A stretch of 64,000 nucleotides of DNA from Felis catus (Eukaryota): NCBI RefSeq assembly GCF_018350175.1, contig NC_058368.1, positions 184,204,001-184,268,000 on the forward strand. Reading direction: 5' to 3'. Position 1 is the stretch's first letter; every line of letters starts with the position of its first letter. The position numbers were made by a program, and so were the translations under genes. The notes below the pieces were generated by a model that saw only the letters and a program-made list of their open reading frames with translations, was not told the DNA's origin and made no database searches. This document shows, piece after piece, positions 32,143-44,989 of this stretch.

Positions 32143-34932
32143 TACCCAAACTTGCAGAGAATTATTACACTGAACTCTCATTGTCATCCTAAGGTTCCAT
32201 GATACACCTATGGCATCTATCCATTTATTGTAACATGTCTTCTGAGTTACCTAATTTGGGTTAGAAAGAGCAACATCTTTTGCTGGGATATTTCTCACCA
32301 CTTGGGAAGACAAAAACTGTCCTTTTCCCCTTTTCAGAAAAGGAATTCAGGAATAACCTGGATTTACGTTTCAAACTTTCCCATGAATGAGACCCATTTT
32401 ATTGAAGTTGGCAGCACATCTGTCATGTCTTTGTTCAGATTGTTTGCAGTTAGAAGTGGCATGGTCATCAAGCATCTTTCCAAGTCCTTTGAAGTTCTTT
32501 GCCTCCTTTTCCATGTAGCTTTAATTAATACTTCTCCCTCTGTCTGTCTCTGGTTAAAACAGACAAATCATATAAATAAAACCAGCTAATACAGTAATAC
32601 CTCTACTTGATTTCCTTATAGAGTATAATGCTTTCCATTTCAAGGTCAGTATTCAAGTGTTGCTATGTCAGAATGGGACTAAAACATTTATAAACCATAG
32701 TCAGCCTTTTTAGCAGATCCTTCTGTAAAGCAAATAGAATCTCCTTGGTTTATCATTCAATGATGGGCTCCTTTTCCCTAAGCTGAAGACATAGAGATTA
32801 GCAGAGTAGAAATGAGATGTACCTAATTAATTCCCCCAGATCTCTCTAGATTATATTGCTAGTTTTGATTAGCAGAACATCGTGACTAAAATGAAAAATA
32901 TGTACAGTAGATGAAATCACACAGAAGGAAAGAAATAAATTTCCCCAGTACAGAGATGTTCTAGATAAAGTTAACAATTTATAATGATAGTTTATGATGC
33001 CAGTCTTTTCCAAGGACCCTTATTTATAATGGCATAACTTTTAAAAGGAAATTTCATTTCAAGGTTATAAAAATGCCTTATATATATATTTCTTTCATAA
33101 TATAGGCAAATACACATTTTCAGCTACTGTAAGTTATATTCCACATGAATATTAGGTCTGAATAGGATATTTATATTTCTTTGTGGTAATTACGTAATTG
33201 TAAAAATGTCTTCTTTTCAACTGAAAAAGACAAGAATAACTTGGAAGCTAATTACCAATTATAATTTGGATCATTTAAATGTCTGCCATTTCCCTGTACC
33301 TGTCATCAACCTACTGTGTTTGATGAGAATTTTAGCAACATCTAGATTTTAGAGGAAAAAAAATAGCGCTGTGCATGTTTCCATTAGTTTCCTGGAACTA
33401 TAAAATAGAAAATGAGATCAATCATGAAAAAAAAGAACCCTCAATTGGGTTATTTCCTATTGAATAATAGGTGCATTTTATTAGTAGTCGTAAGAATTTT
33501 TCTTGGTAGTTTAAAGTTGTTCACAATTACTTTCCTTTATTTAGGAACAAAACACAGCTGCATGTTGTAAACAGTGTTAAATTTACTAGATATTGCCAAA
33601 TGTTATAGTAACACATGATGTTCTAATGGAGGAAGGGAAGGCTTTCCAAAGAGGCAGTGAGTGGTTATTGTAGGCTCCTGTGGGTCTATCAACAAGACTA
33701 ACAGGGTCAGATGTTCTCCAAACATATAATAAAAGGAAGGCATCTAATAGTAAAAACTATTAAGTCAAAAAATTTTTTGTGGAAACCAAGAAGATTCAAT
33801 ATGTTTAGAGTTATCTTCTAATGCATTTTCTACATTAATGATTCTTAATAGAGTGGTAGGGGGTTGGACATATCTGAAATTCATGGAGGACAGAGTGTTG
33901 TATTGTTTGAATAGACTTATTCAGTGTTACAGTTTTATATGGAGAAAATATATTGTTTTAATAACTGCAGAAAATAGTGTTTGACAAAAGCCTATAATTG
34001 AAGGTTCATGGTTTGAGAAAATAGACATTATATACGGTTGTGAGGATCATACACTGTGCAGAAGGTGTGTAAGAGCTTAAATCCATTCTGCCCCCCCACT
34101 CACCAAGCCTTGAACCCGGACTCTGTCCGCACCAGAACCACCCCTGTACCTACAATAGAAGTGAAACCTCAAATGCTTTTAGTGGACAGGCTGTTAAACA
34201 TGGGAAGCGGACAGGTGTCCACTTCTGTGAATTATGACAACTGCTTCCTGACTAGAGACATTCAAATTAAAACTTGGTTACACATGGCACATAAACATAA
34301 GGCATCTGTGGGCCTTATCTAGTGAACTATCACCTAGTGACCTTATCTAGTGACCACTAGATTGTGTTTATCTTGTACAAATTCTAATCTTAAATTTGTT
34401 TGATTGTTTTTATAAAGTGTGTCCTATTGAATTAAGGCATTACCATAGATCTTTACCCACACAATAATTTTTTCATAGTTTTAGGCCCTCCTCTTGCTTT
34501 TAGAACATTCCATATATGTCATGACTTTGCTCTTGTATATTTTTGTTCTCAATAAATATGACAAAGAGAAGGACACAATATCGACACTTTTTTTATCTGA
34601 ATTACCATGGGACCATATTCCTCAACTCTGTTTTCCATCATTGGATACCTTCTTACATAACCCCAAACCCATTCCTGCAATGAGTGGGAAAAAAATCAGG
34701 TAAGCAAGTTAGAAGCAGACTCTCTTTAATTATTACTAGGAAAAAAAGTATCTTCCATGAAATGATATCAAACATTTTCTACAAAAGCATATGAGTCTTT
34801 CATTACTGCTGTTTGCCCCACCTAAAACATACGGTAATGGGAACCACATAGAATGGGTTATTGGTTATATCTTAAGCTGTGTCTCTAGGCACCACCTTTA
34901 ACTGCCCAGTGAAAATGTGATTGTCATCTCTT

Positions 34933-34935
<3 letters not shown>

Positions 34936-34966
<31 letters not shown>

Positions 34967-34991
34967 ACGCATGCACACATGCACACATGCA
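34936..34991. repeat. (TG)n followed by degenerate (CA)/(TGCA) alternating tract
   Basis: Directly visible. Confidence 0.9.
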
Positions 34992-36384
34992 AAATATGTG
35001 TACATTCATGTTCACCTGTATTTTTTCTCTTTAACTTATTCTAGATTCTGAGTCTTTACCTTAAAATATTCAATCTTATCTTTGGAACTATTGCTAAAAT
35101 ATTATTTTGTGCTCTTGCCTTGCAGTAATACTGCATCCTTATGCCAAACTCTGATATCTGGAAATCTAACCTGGATCTAGCATTTCAGTACTGTCTAAAA
35201 ACAAAGCTCAGGAATTTGCTAGAAGGAAAATCAGGACCAACTGTGCCTTTTTCACTTAAAAAAATAATACATTTGCAAATGCAGATTTGAAAATTAGGTA
35301 AAAGTATCATCTCCTATATGGTAACATTTCAAGTGCTTGATTGATCATACCTGTATATAGAAGCAAGATGGACATTTGTTTTTATTTATTTTATTTTATT
35401 ATTATTATTTTTTGTGGTGGGTGAAAGCCATTGGGTTAGGGACAAATAGGTTAGGGACAAAACTTAGGGTATCAAAACTGCTACTTAATTCCTATTCACT
35501 AAACACAAACATAAATCCTCCTGTATATCTCTCATTGGAAAAACAGAAACAAAAGTTCATCTCTGCTAAGAAATATATGGTTGATTTATTAGGGATCACT
35601 TAGATTTTGTGAAGTCTGCAAGACTTCAGAGTATTAGGACTTCTAAAAACTTTGTAAAGGAAAGAACTGAAGTAAATACCAGAATAGTATGAATGTTTAG
35701 ATACATATATATTATTTCTATAATATTTAAATTTGTAGCTGATCATTTAGTATCAGATGAAATACTTCATCTTATGATATTGAGTTGTTGTAGAATGAGA
35801 ATCTTCAGCTTTTTTGAGACCTCAGTGATTTTCTGGTATTTATTTTCCGTAAGATAGTGATTATCAAATAAATAATTGGTTTTACCTTGGCACTTATCTA
35901 ACAGCAGGGGATAACTATTCTATGACATTTTATTTTACTGTCATTATCTCTGAGAAAATAGTGATTAGCTTTTTAAAAAATTTCATAACTGACTGAAACA
36001 GAGTCTGTTGGTCTGTTTAAATCACTACCCTAAATCAACCTAAATTACACAAACACAAAACTTATATTTTTATGGCAGCATTAGAAACACTGAGGCTTTC
36101 ACTGGGTGAGTATCCATTAAATTCTCAGAGGTTGTGATAAACTTGAAAAAGGAACATTTACAAATTAATCATGATCTTTGAACTCTGACTATATGACCTT
36201 GAGGAAGTTTTTTAAGTTTTCTGGGCTATAGGTCAGAAACATTCCACAGAGTTATTGAGAAAGTATCTAATTTGGTGCTAGAGATGAATAATATGCTTAC
36301 TAATCACTTATTTTATCTAAACTTGTGTATGACCCAACTCAATCATTTGGGACCTGAATGATGTAAAGACAAAAGATTATATAA

Positions 36385-36600
36385 AGCCTTTAGAATATGG
36401 GCTTCAGATACAGGTAGTCCTTGATCTGTCATCATTTGGTTGTGTGATCAGGGCCTCACAACCAATAGCTATTCATTTACCTCATTAGTAAATGTGGATA
36501 ATAATATCTATCTTAAGGTATGCTCTGCATATTAAAGTAGATAGCATAATAGATTATCTACTTTAGTACCTGACAAATATAAACACCAAACTGTGAACAA
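36385..36600 (+). mobile_element. MIR remnant
   Basis: TTGTGTGATCAGGGC...CCTCATTAGTAAATGTGGATAATAATATCTATCT...ATTAAA...TAGTACCTGACA. Confidence 0.6.
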
Positions 36601-37957
36601 ATTATACTATTGACAAAAAATAGTATAACATATGGTACAAATTATATGCTGCAGATATGTCTCTAGATTGCTTCAAGTTTCTCCTACAAGTGTCTAGAAA
36701 ATTCTATTTGTTCTCTATAAAAATCATCCTTCTCTTCATTCAGACAGGTTAATAACAATAATAATCATATTGTCATTAATAAAAATAAAAATATTATCAG
36801 CCATTGATTAAAGCAGAAGTCAAATTTGGTTGTCATCTTCCATCTCTCTTGTACATGACTCTGCCATAGATATTATATTTTATCTACATATGAATGGAAA
36901 ACCAAATAAATAGTTTATAACTGGAAAAAAATGTCTTTTCTTTATCCTTCACATTTTAAGCTAATATTCACAGCAAGTACAGACAAGAAATATGACATTT
37001 ATCTGAATATTATTATCAATTGCTTATTGAACCCTTGTTTAAACATCTATTTAGTTCTCATAAGGCACCCACAGATTTATCTGTTTAAGCCAACCCCCAT
37101 TAGGAATTTGCATCATCATTTAGCTGCATAAATGTTTCTGAAGGGAAATATATATAGTATGACCACAGTATTATGCAAATTTTGTTTTTACAGCCATTTA
37201 GTTTTGCCATAATACCTTATGCCATTCCACAAGCAGTGCGTTGAGCCATGGCAGTGCTGACAATAGCAGACAGGAGCTGGACTCCAGATCCTGCAGCTTC
37301 AGCCTTAATGTATGGTTGCCTTAGGGGCGTTCTACCTATTAATTTAACATTCTAAAACTAATTATGTATGTCAGGGTGACCTCTCTCTAATCTACATTCA
37401 TCACAGAGTCCGAGCCGTCTGTCTCTATTGTTCCCATAATAAAATAGCTGTTGATAGACTTACATAATTGACTGTGTCGGAAGTGAACTTACCCTACACT
37501 GCTACATGCAAATGATGTATAGTCCCAATAGAATAAAGATAAGCAAAAAATAATCCAACTATCTTCAGTAATTAACTTTGGAGGTTTCATAACAACAGTA
37601 GAAATATATTTCCCATTGGCCTAAGAATGAAATTAGGGAGTGCATGGGAGTCACATGTATGGTAATTAAAAGAAGTTTTATTGGGGAAAAGTTGAAGGAA
37701 AGAAATGTACCTTGAGTTTCTTTATGTAATACTTATAACACTTCTTCCTCCTTGGGCTAGTGTATTTACAGAACTCATTTAAGAAAGATATATACACATG
37801 TACACACACCTTAGTAAGAGACATTCACAATTGTCTATGCCATTTTGAGTGTCCATTTGTTGCACATATATTAAAATCTGTAATAGGTAATTCCCTTTCT
37901 AAAATACCTATGAGATCTTTTCATTTATCCTGGCAATACCATAACAAAAACTTCTTT

Positions 37958-38020
37958 CATTTTTTTTAAGTTTATTTATTTTGAGAGAGACAGAGACAGC
38001 ACAAGTGGGGGGAGGGGCAA

Positions 38021-38064
<44 letters not shown>

Positions 38065-38193
38065 ATCCCAAGCAGGCTCCATGGTGCCAGTGCAGAGCCT
38101 GAGGCAGCTCTCGAACTCATGAAACCACGAGATCATGACCTGAGCAGAAACCAAGAGACGGATGCTTAAGCGATTGAGCCACCCAGGCACCCC
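37958..38193 (-). mobile_element. SINEC
   Basis: Antisense SINEC ending GAGCCACCCAGGCACCCC; AAAAACTTC on both flanks. Confidence 0.95.
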
Positions 38194-38659
38194 AAAAAAA
38201 ACTTCGTTAAAATTAATTTGTTATTTTGGTAAATCTATTTTGGAGGTGAATAATTTCTCTTTTGTGTGAAAGGATTCTCCTGATAAAAGCAACACTTTTA
38301 CAGAGGCTGTCAACCTTAAATATTGACTAACTAGCGTTTCATGTTGAATGTTATACCAGGTTTGGAGGAGATTCTCAAATGAGAGAAAAGGCAATCTATA
38401 GTTTGTAGTGAGTAACTCAGACCTGTTTCCTAAGGCAGAGGGAGCAGTTCCAGTCCCGTTCTCCCTGGGGTTGTCTTTTATTCTTACTGAAGAAATATTA
38501 CTTAGAATCTACCGTCTTTCCAGCTTTATGGTAGATCTAGAAGGAAACAACAGAAACATGAAACACAGTCCATGTTTTCATAGATACCACTAAGGAGCTG
38601 GTGAAGGGCAGTGGTGAGGAGTAGACACTCTGTGGTTGGATACTGGCCATGGCATCCCA

Positions 38660-38835
38660 AGGTTATCTGGCTCTAGACTAGCTGCTTAAAGTAACATACC
38701 TAAATTTCCTCATCTGTAAATTGAACCTATATAGAATTATAGAACCCACCACAAAGGGGTTGTAATAAGTACACTTAGCAAAGTAAACGTAGATCACACG
38801 GCTCATAAGAAGCACTTAATAAGCTTTGCTGTTAT
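38660..38835 (+). mobile_element. MIR remnant
   Basis: GGCTCTAGACTAGCTG...TTTCCTCATCTGTAAA...GGGTTGT...AAGCACTTAATAA. Confidence 0.6.
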
Positions 38836-38929
38836 TTCCTGCAGTGTGAGGTATGTAAATACCTTCAGAATAATACAAAAAAAAATGATGTAAGTAAATG
38901 CTTAGTTATGGGGCATTAAGAAAATCAGA

Positions 38930-39150
38930 CAATAGAGTGTGGAAAGTAAAGTCGGTGGAATGTCAATTTGAGTCCAACTTCTACCTCTGTGAACCCAGTT
39001 ACTGAAGCTTTCTGAAGCTTTATTTTCCCATAGCTAAAATTTGAATAATAATGGTACTTGTCTTACAGGTCTGTATAAAAATAAAATGAAATAATGTATA
39101 TGTCAAGTTTTTGGCCCAGTGTCTGGAATTCCTGAAAACTATGAAATTCA
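38930..39150 (+). mobile_element. MIR remnant
   Basis: TGTGAACCCAGTTACT...AATAATAATGGTACTTGTCTTACAGG...AAATGAAATAATGTATATG...CAGTGTCTGG. Confidence 0.6.
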
Positions 39151-39264
39151 GTAACACTAATGAAATTTTTGTGGTTTTGTTTTGCTATTTAAGTAGTATT
39201 ACCATTGGTCAAGAAATGAGGTTAAAAAGGAAGAAGAAGGCCAAAAATGTGGCTTCATGGATGG

Positions 39265-39681
39265 TGTGTTCATTTCCTAGGGCTGTTGAAACAAAGTATC
39301 ACTGATAGATGGCTTAGAACATAAATGTATTGCCTCACAGTTATAAAGGCCAGAAATCTGAAATCAAGATAGTGGTAGAGCCCTGCTGCCTCTGGAGGCA
39401 CTAGGAAAGAATCTGTTCCAGGCCTCTCTCCTAGCTTCTTACAGTTCCTTGGCTGATGGCAGCATGATTCCAATCTTTCCATGGTGTTCTCCGTCCGTGA
39501 ATTCTTTTTAGAAGGACATCAGTCATATTGGATAAGGGGCCCACTCCAATCCAGTATGACCTCATCTTAACTAATTACACCTGCAATGGTTCTATTTTCA
39601 AATTTAGTCACATTCTGAGGTGCGTGGAGTTAGAGATTCAACAAATAAAATTTTTTTGGTGGGGGGATACGATCCATATCA
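39265..39681 (-). mobile_element. MLT1B/C-type MaLR solo LTR, complete
   Basis: TG...CA termini, GATGG TSD at 39260-39264 and 39682-39686; AAGGACATCAGTCATATTGGAT, CCAGTATGACCTCATCTTAACTAATTAC motifs. Confidence 0.9.
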
Positions 39682-40234
39682 GATGGTAGGATACTCTAAA
39701 TAATCCTGGAAAGATATGAGTAGGGAAAGAATAGAACAACATTCTAGATCAGGGAATGCCAATAACAAAAAATACAATGGTAAGTTAACAGAGTATGAGA
39801 GGCAAGTAAGGAGATAAAAAGGTTTGTATTCCAAGTGATGAGATATAAGAATAAAGATATGGTGTTACGCTAGACCGGCCATCATACAATATACAATGAC
39901 AAGTACAGTTAAGTTAGCAACTCATCAGAGTAGACAGTAGTTATTCCAATACAACTATGTTGAAATTAGCCCTAGAACCAATTCAGAAAATATGAAGGTC
40001 TAGTTAAGGAATTTAGATGCAATCTATAGGCATTTAAGTCTGAGTCTAAAGTGGCATGGTCATTGCCTAAGGTATAAACACTCAACACCAGAGAACTCTC
40101 ATTTACCACAGATGGAGAGGGTAATCATGATTTGAAATTAGAGCAGGAAGCTGTACAAGTGCTGATTAGTGCATATTACAATATCAAATCCTCTTTTATC
40201 CCAGAAGAATATAGGAGAAAAAGTGTACATTCAG

Positions 40235-40395
40235 AAGGATGGTGACAAGCTGTATTTCCTCTTGGCGTATTTCTTCATTTGTTAAATAGGGTGTTAGTAT
40301 TTGCTCCCAGGAAAGGCCAATGTGAGAACTAAATGATGTTACTTCAGATAAAGCTCTTATATAGTTAGTGCACTAAAAAGTGTTAACCATTATAT
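40235..40395 (+). mobile_element. MIR remnant
   Basis: ATTTCTTCATTTGTTAAATAGG...TGTGAGAACTAAATGA...TAAAGCTCTTA...GTGCACTAAAAAGTGTTA. Confidence 0.5.
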
Positions 40396-40429
40396 TTAAA
40401 CTTACTAGCTTATTGATTTGATTATTCTT

Positions 40430-40618
40430 TTTTTAATGTTTATTCATTTTGGAGAGACAGAGAGGAACAGGACAGGGGCAAAGACACAGAATCTGAAGCA
40501 GGTTCCAGGCTCTGAGCTGTCAGCACAGAGCCCAACATGGGGCTCAAACTCATGAACTGCGAGATCATGACCTGAGCCAAAGTTGGATGCTTAACTGACT
40601 GAGGCACCCAGATGCCCC
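40430..40618 (-). mobile_element. SINEC (felid type)
   Basis: CAGAATCTGAAGCAGGTTCCAGGCTCTGAGCTGTCAGCACAGAGCCC; TSD ATTTGATTATTCTT at 40416-40429 and 40620-40633. Confidence 0.95.
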
Positions 40619-41834
40619 TATTTGATTATTCTTAAATAAGGAAAGGGATTAAAAAAATAATTGGCAGTAACATTTTACCATTTCCCACACATTTGTCTCT
40701 CATTTTTTTTTCTGTCTCCCAGTTAGCTTTTCTACATTTTTTTTTTCTCTTAAACTTTCCATCTGTGTCTATGCTTTCTCTTTTCCTTTTGCCTTTTTCT
40801 TATCTTCTGTAGGCCTTAGCCTGGCATTTGTTTTCCCCTCATAGTTGTACATAATCCAAAGATTATTTTTCCCAAAGCTGATGTTTGTGTTCGAAATTGT
40901 GTATTGGGTTTCTTCTCTCTTTAAATTTCTTTATTCTTCACATTTTTAGAAAAGGTTCTCAGTCATATGCTAAGCCCTAAGTCTATAACAGGAGATCTAG
41001 CAAAGCTCCCAGCTGTGAGAAGTTCACACTTTGGCAAGGACATGGCCATGTAGATAAATTGCAATCCAGTGTGTTCCGAGCTCAAGGAAACAAGCACGTA
41101 GACACTTGTAACCCTGAAGCAGGTAACAGTGCACTTTATTTTGGAGGCTTGAGTAGAAGCTTTCCAGGAAGCTAGGTTTGGATGCCTTCACCCAAAATTC
41201 TCTTGGCTTTCATTTTCTGTACTATATCTTGGAGGTCTACTTGCTTCTGCAACTACAACATACGCCAAGTTTTCCTGGGTCTGAGATCCTTCTTATCTGA
41301 ATTTGGCTGCTGACTCCAAGGTACATTACTGCAAGCCACAATTCCTTTATGGACAATCTGTCTTTCTATGTCCAATATGGTTCTCCTTATAACTAGTTTC
41401 CATGTCCCAAGTACCCTCAAATCTGTGTGTTTATGATATTCTATGATATTTTTGTTCAAGATGAGATCTTTCTGGGCAGTGAAAATGGCAAATAATACCA
41501 GTAAAAGGACATAATTTTCCAGAAGGAATTTTTACACTTTTTGTGTTAAATACAAGGAAAAAAATCACTGCCTATTGTAGGCAAGACAGTTAATATGGTC
41601 TGACTTCATGGAAGATGTGATATGGAAGAAAGGAATCGAGATGTGCATAAAAAGTAAATTATGGCAACCCATTCCATAAAGTGTATAATTTAGGTGGAGA
41701 GATAATAACCAAGAATTATATCTGGTAGACCATGATTTTGCTTCCTGTTTTTTACCTAATATCTTGGTATGTTGGATAGTACAGTACACAGCTACATCTA
41801 AAATAAGCGTCTCATGTTTGACATCTCATGGATA

Positions 41835-41875
41835 ATAGGTTTAAAATTCAAAAGGTATAAAAGTGTATATAGTGT

Positions 41876-41912
<37 letters not shown>

Positions 41913-42315
41913 TACATATAAAGTGTATACAGTGATACTCCTCCCTCTCCTCTCACCCCGTAATTTCCAAGTTTTTCTTTCTATAGAAACAAACTTTAGG
42001 GATTTCATGTGTACTCTCCTAAAGATACAGTGCATGTAGACATACCTAATTATTTTTTACCCTCTTCTTATACAAATGTTGGGATATATGTGCATACATA
42101 ACATATTATTCACAGACTGCTTTCTTTTCTTGTAATGTTATATCTTAAAGTTTATTTCACATGAACATAGTACTTCCTTATTGTTAAGACTGCATAGTAT
42201 TCCCTGATATATGGATTTACCATATATATTTAATTAATTGTGTGTAAATGCTCATGTATACCACTAAAAAAAATATTTTCTTATTAGGAATAGTGCTGTG
42301 CAGCAATGAACATAC
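41835..42315 (-). mobile_element. L1ME-like 3' fragment containing a (TA)n microsatellite (~41875-41920)
   Basis: AAAATTCAAAAGGTATAAAAG...CTGCATAGTATTCC...ATGGATTTACCATA...GCAATGAACAT. Confidence 0.6.
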
Positions 42316-42319
42316 TCAG

Positions 42320-42950
42320 AACCCAGTATTAGAAATCTTCATTTCCAAGACCACTCTCAAATAAAAAGAATTAGTATCTTTTGGAGAAATAGTTGATTAT
42401 AGAGCTAGAACAAGGAATATATAAGATATGGCTGAAGCATCTTGTAATACCCCCAAAGTAAGGAAGTGCTTAAAAACCAAGTGACTAGGGTCATGTCAAA
42501 GGGACACAGGAGTAAACCTGAAAGCTCTTCCAACAGCTAAAGCCCTGACAATTTGAGCAATAAAATCCATAATGTAGTATCAGATTATAAAGCATAAAAT
42601 ATGCTTTATATGCAAATTATACAAGAAATATAAAAAAAATAAAATAAATATCTAAAAATTCACACAAATTGATATGAATGACTGACTTACTGACTGCATG
42701 AAGGAATGAATAAATGGAGGATACAGACAAATCTTCTATGGAGAATAAATCTTCCCCCCCATCCCAAAGAGGTAGTGCCGAATTCTTCACTCCTTGAGTG
42801 TGAGCTGCACTTAGTAATATGCTTCCAAAGAGGTGGGTATGGAAAGGAGGGAAAGAAATGGTTTTATAGTGGAGAAACCTGGCAGACATTAACTTGTCAA
42901 GGTAATCAAAATTAACATCACAGATGACATCATGTTGATAGTATGTATTA
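42320..42950 (+). mobile_element. L1MC-type 3' UTR fragment
   Basis: TTTGGAGAAATAGTTGATT, GCATCTTGTA, ATGTCAAAGGGACACAGGAG, ATAGTGGAGAAACCTGGCAGACA, TCAAAATTAACATCAC. Confidence 0.8.
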
Positions 42951-42964
42951 TCACCTGTTGAGAA

Positions 42965-44405
42965 TTTATTAAGCAAAATAGTTGTGACACAGAGTTTATG
43001 CATAAACCTTGATGTTATCTCTGACTCTAATTTCTTTGATTTTATGCATCCAATCACTTAAGGAATCCTGTTGTATTCACCTTCAAAATATATCAGAAAC
43101 TACAAATTATCATTGCCTCCACTACTACTATGGTGTTGCACACCTCTGTTATGTTAAGTAGCCTTTAAATGACCACCCCGCTTTCACCCATGACTTCTAC
43201 CATTTATGTCAACTAGCAGCCAGATGGTATTGCTAAACTGGTAAGACAGATCTTGTCAGCCCTGCACTATGAAGCTTCTATGGCTTCCTGTCACCCATAT
43301 AGTAAAAGCCAGAATCCTTACAAAAGTCCTGCATGATCTTCCATCTGTTATCACTTTGAATTTATTCCCTTCTATCTTTCCTGTCACTCTGAGCCAGCCA
43401 CCTTGTCCTCTTGCTGTTTTGTATGCACAAGGGAAACTAGAGCCTCAAGAACTTAACACATAGTGTTTCCACTGTATGTATTCTTTCTTCTTCAGATATC
43501 CAACATGCCTCTATCTTTCATCTTTGCCAAGTATTAGCACAAACATTACCCTCTCAGAGACTTTACATGATCACAGTTGGTGACATACTGGTCACTCCCT
43601 TCTTTTGAGTGTGGGTGTAACCTACAATCCGCTTCCAACCAATAGAAGATGGCAAAGGTGATGGGCTATTCCTCCTGTTACTGTTATATTAAAAGGTAAA
43701 GATAAGAGATTTTGCAGATGTAATTAAGGTCCCTAATCAGTTGACTTTGAAGTAATCAAATTGAGAACTAGTGTGAGTGTACCCAACCTTAATCAGGTGA
43801 CATTTTTAAGAAAGGGCCTACACCTTCTCTAAAGTCAGAGACTCAAAGCAGCAGAGGCTCTGTATGCTCTCAATTACTGACTTCAGAGAAGCAAGCTGCA
43901 GTGAATTCAGCAGCTGCAAGGAAATGAGTTACAGATTTTTACCTAGTTAATCCATGATACCAAAAATGAGGCTAAAGCCCAGCCAATAACTAGGTTTCAT
44001 CCTTGTAAGCTTTTGAGCAAAAGCCCCTGCTAAGCCATGCCTAGATTTCCCACCCACAAAAACTGTGCAATAATAAATAGGCATTGACTTCAGCCAATAA
44101 ATTTGTAGGAAGATGTTACATAACAGAAGGAAATGAATTCCTCATAGTATTTAACACTGTAATGTCATGTCCCTGACATCTGTCACATTCCCTTGCTTTA
44201 TTTCTCTTCTTAACTCTTACTACCATCTGATGCTCTATATTTTGTACTTGTTTGTCCTGTTTATCAACTGTCTGCTCTCATTAAAACATAAGCTCTGTGT
44301 AAATAGGGATTTCTATTTTTTCAGTGCTACAAACCCAGTGCCTAGAAAAATTCCTTCACATGGTGAATTAATATTTGTTGAGTGTAGGAATGGATGGATG
44401 GATGA
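42965..44405 (+). mobile_element. L2 3' region split by an MLT1 LTR
   Basis: AAACCTTGATGTTATC...CCTTCAAAATATATC...TCTATGGCTTCC...TAAAAGCCAGAATCCTTACA; resumes ~44165 to AATATTTGTTGAGTG...AATGGATGGATG. Confidence 0.8.
43575..44140 (+). mobile_element. MLT1E-like MaLR LTR
   Basis: AATAGAAGATGGCAAAGGTGATGGG, GATTTTGCAGATGTAATTAAGGTCCCTAATCAGTTGACTTTGA, CAGCTGCAAGGAAATGA, CTAAGCCATGCCTAGA. Confidence 0.85.
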
Positions 44406-44989
44406 TATTTGAAATATTGAGATATTTGTCAACATGGCCAGAAGCCATATATTTTGACAGATCACTTTTTCTACTCAGGTTGTGGCTCAAGCTTTGTTAA
44501 CATGTATTTCTGAAAGCCCTGAGAGTATGGAACAGAGATTATTATAGACAAAAAAAAAGGGATCTTACAATGTCCAATTCAGTGTTTGGTATCATAAGAC
44601 AGTACAAAGCATCCCTTTGTTGTATGTTCAAATAAAATTTGAAATGCCTTGATGTGATTCTGAAGGATTGGAATGGTATGCTATGTAGATCGCTCTGTAC
44701 TATAGAACTCACAGTACCTGGAGAAGATGAAACATTTTAGGGAATTAGCTGTACATTGAGCCCTGAGCATAAGGGAAACGGAAGAAAGAGTCATACTGGT
44801 GCAACAGGCTACTTTGTCAGGGATCTAGACTAATAAGATTTGGTACCAAAAATGGACTCTACTGTTTCCTAATTGTGTGACATAGGAAAGCATCAAAACT
44901 TCTCTTAAAGAGTTTATTATGATATCTACTCATAACACAGTTATAGGCTTTTCTCAAAGATCAGTAAAGCCAGGACACAAAGACAGCAT

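Noticed and set aside
42617..43057. Longest ORF in the window (146 aa, minus strand)
   Set aside because: Spans antisense L1MC 3' UTR and L2 sequence; no recognisable domain
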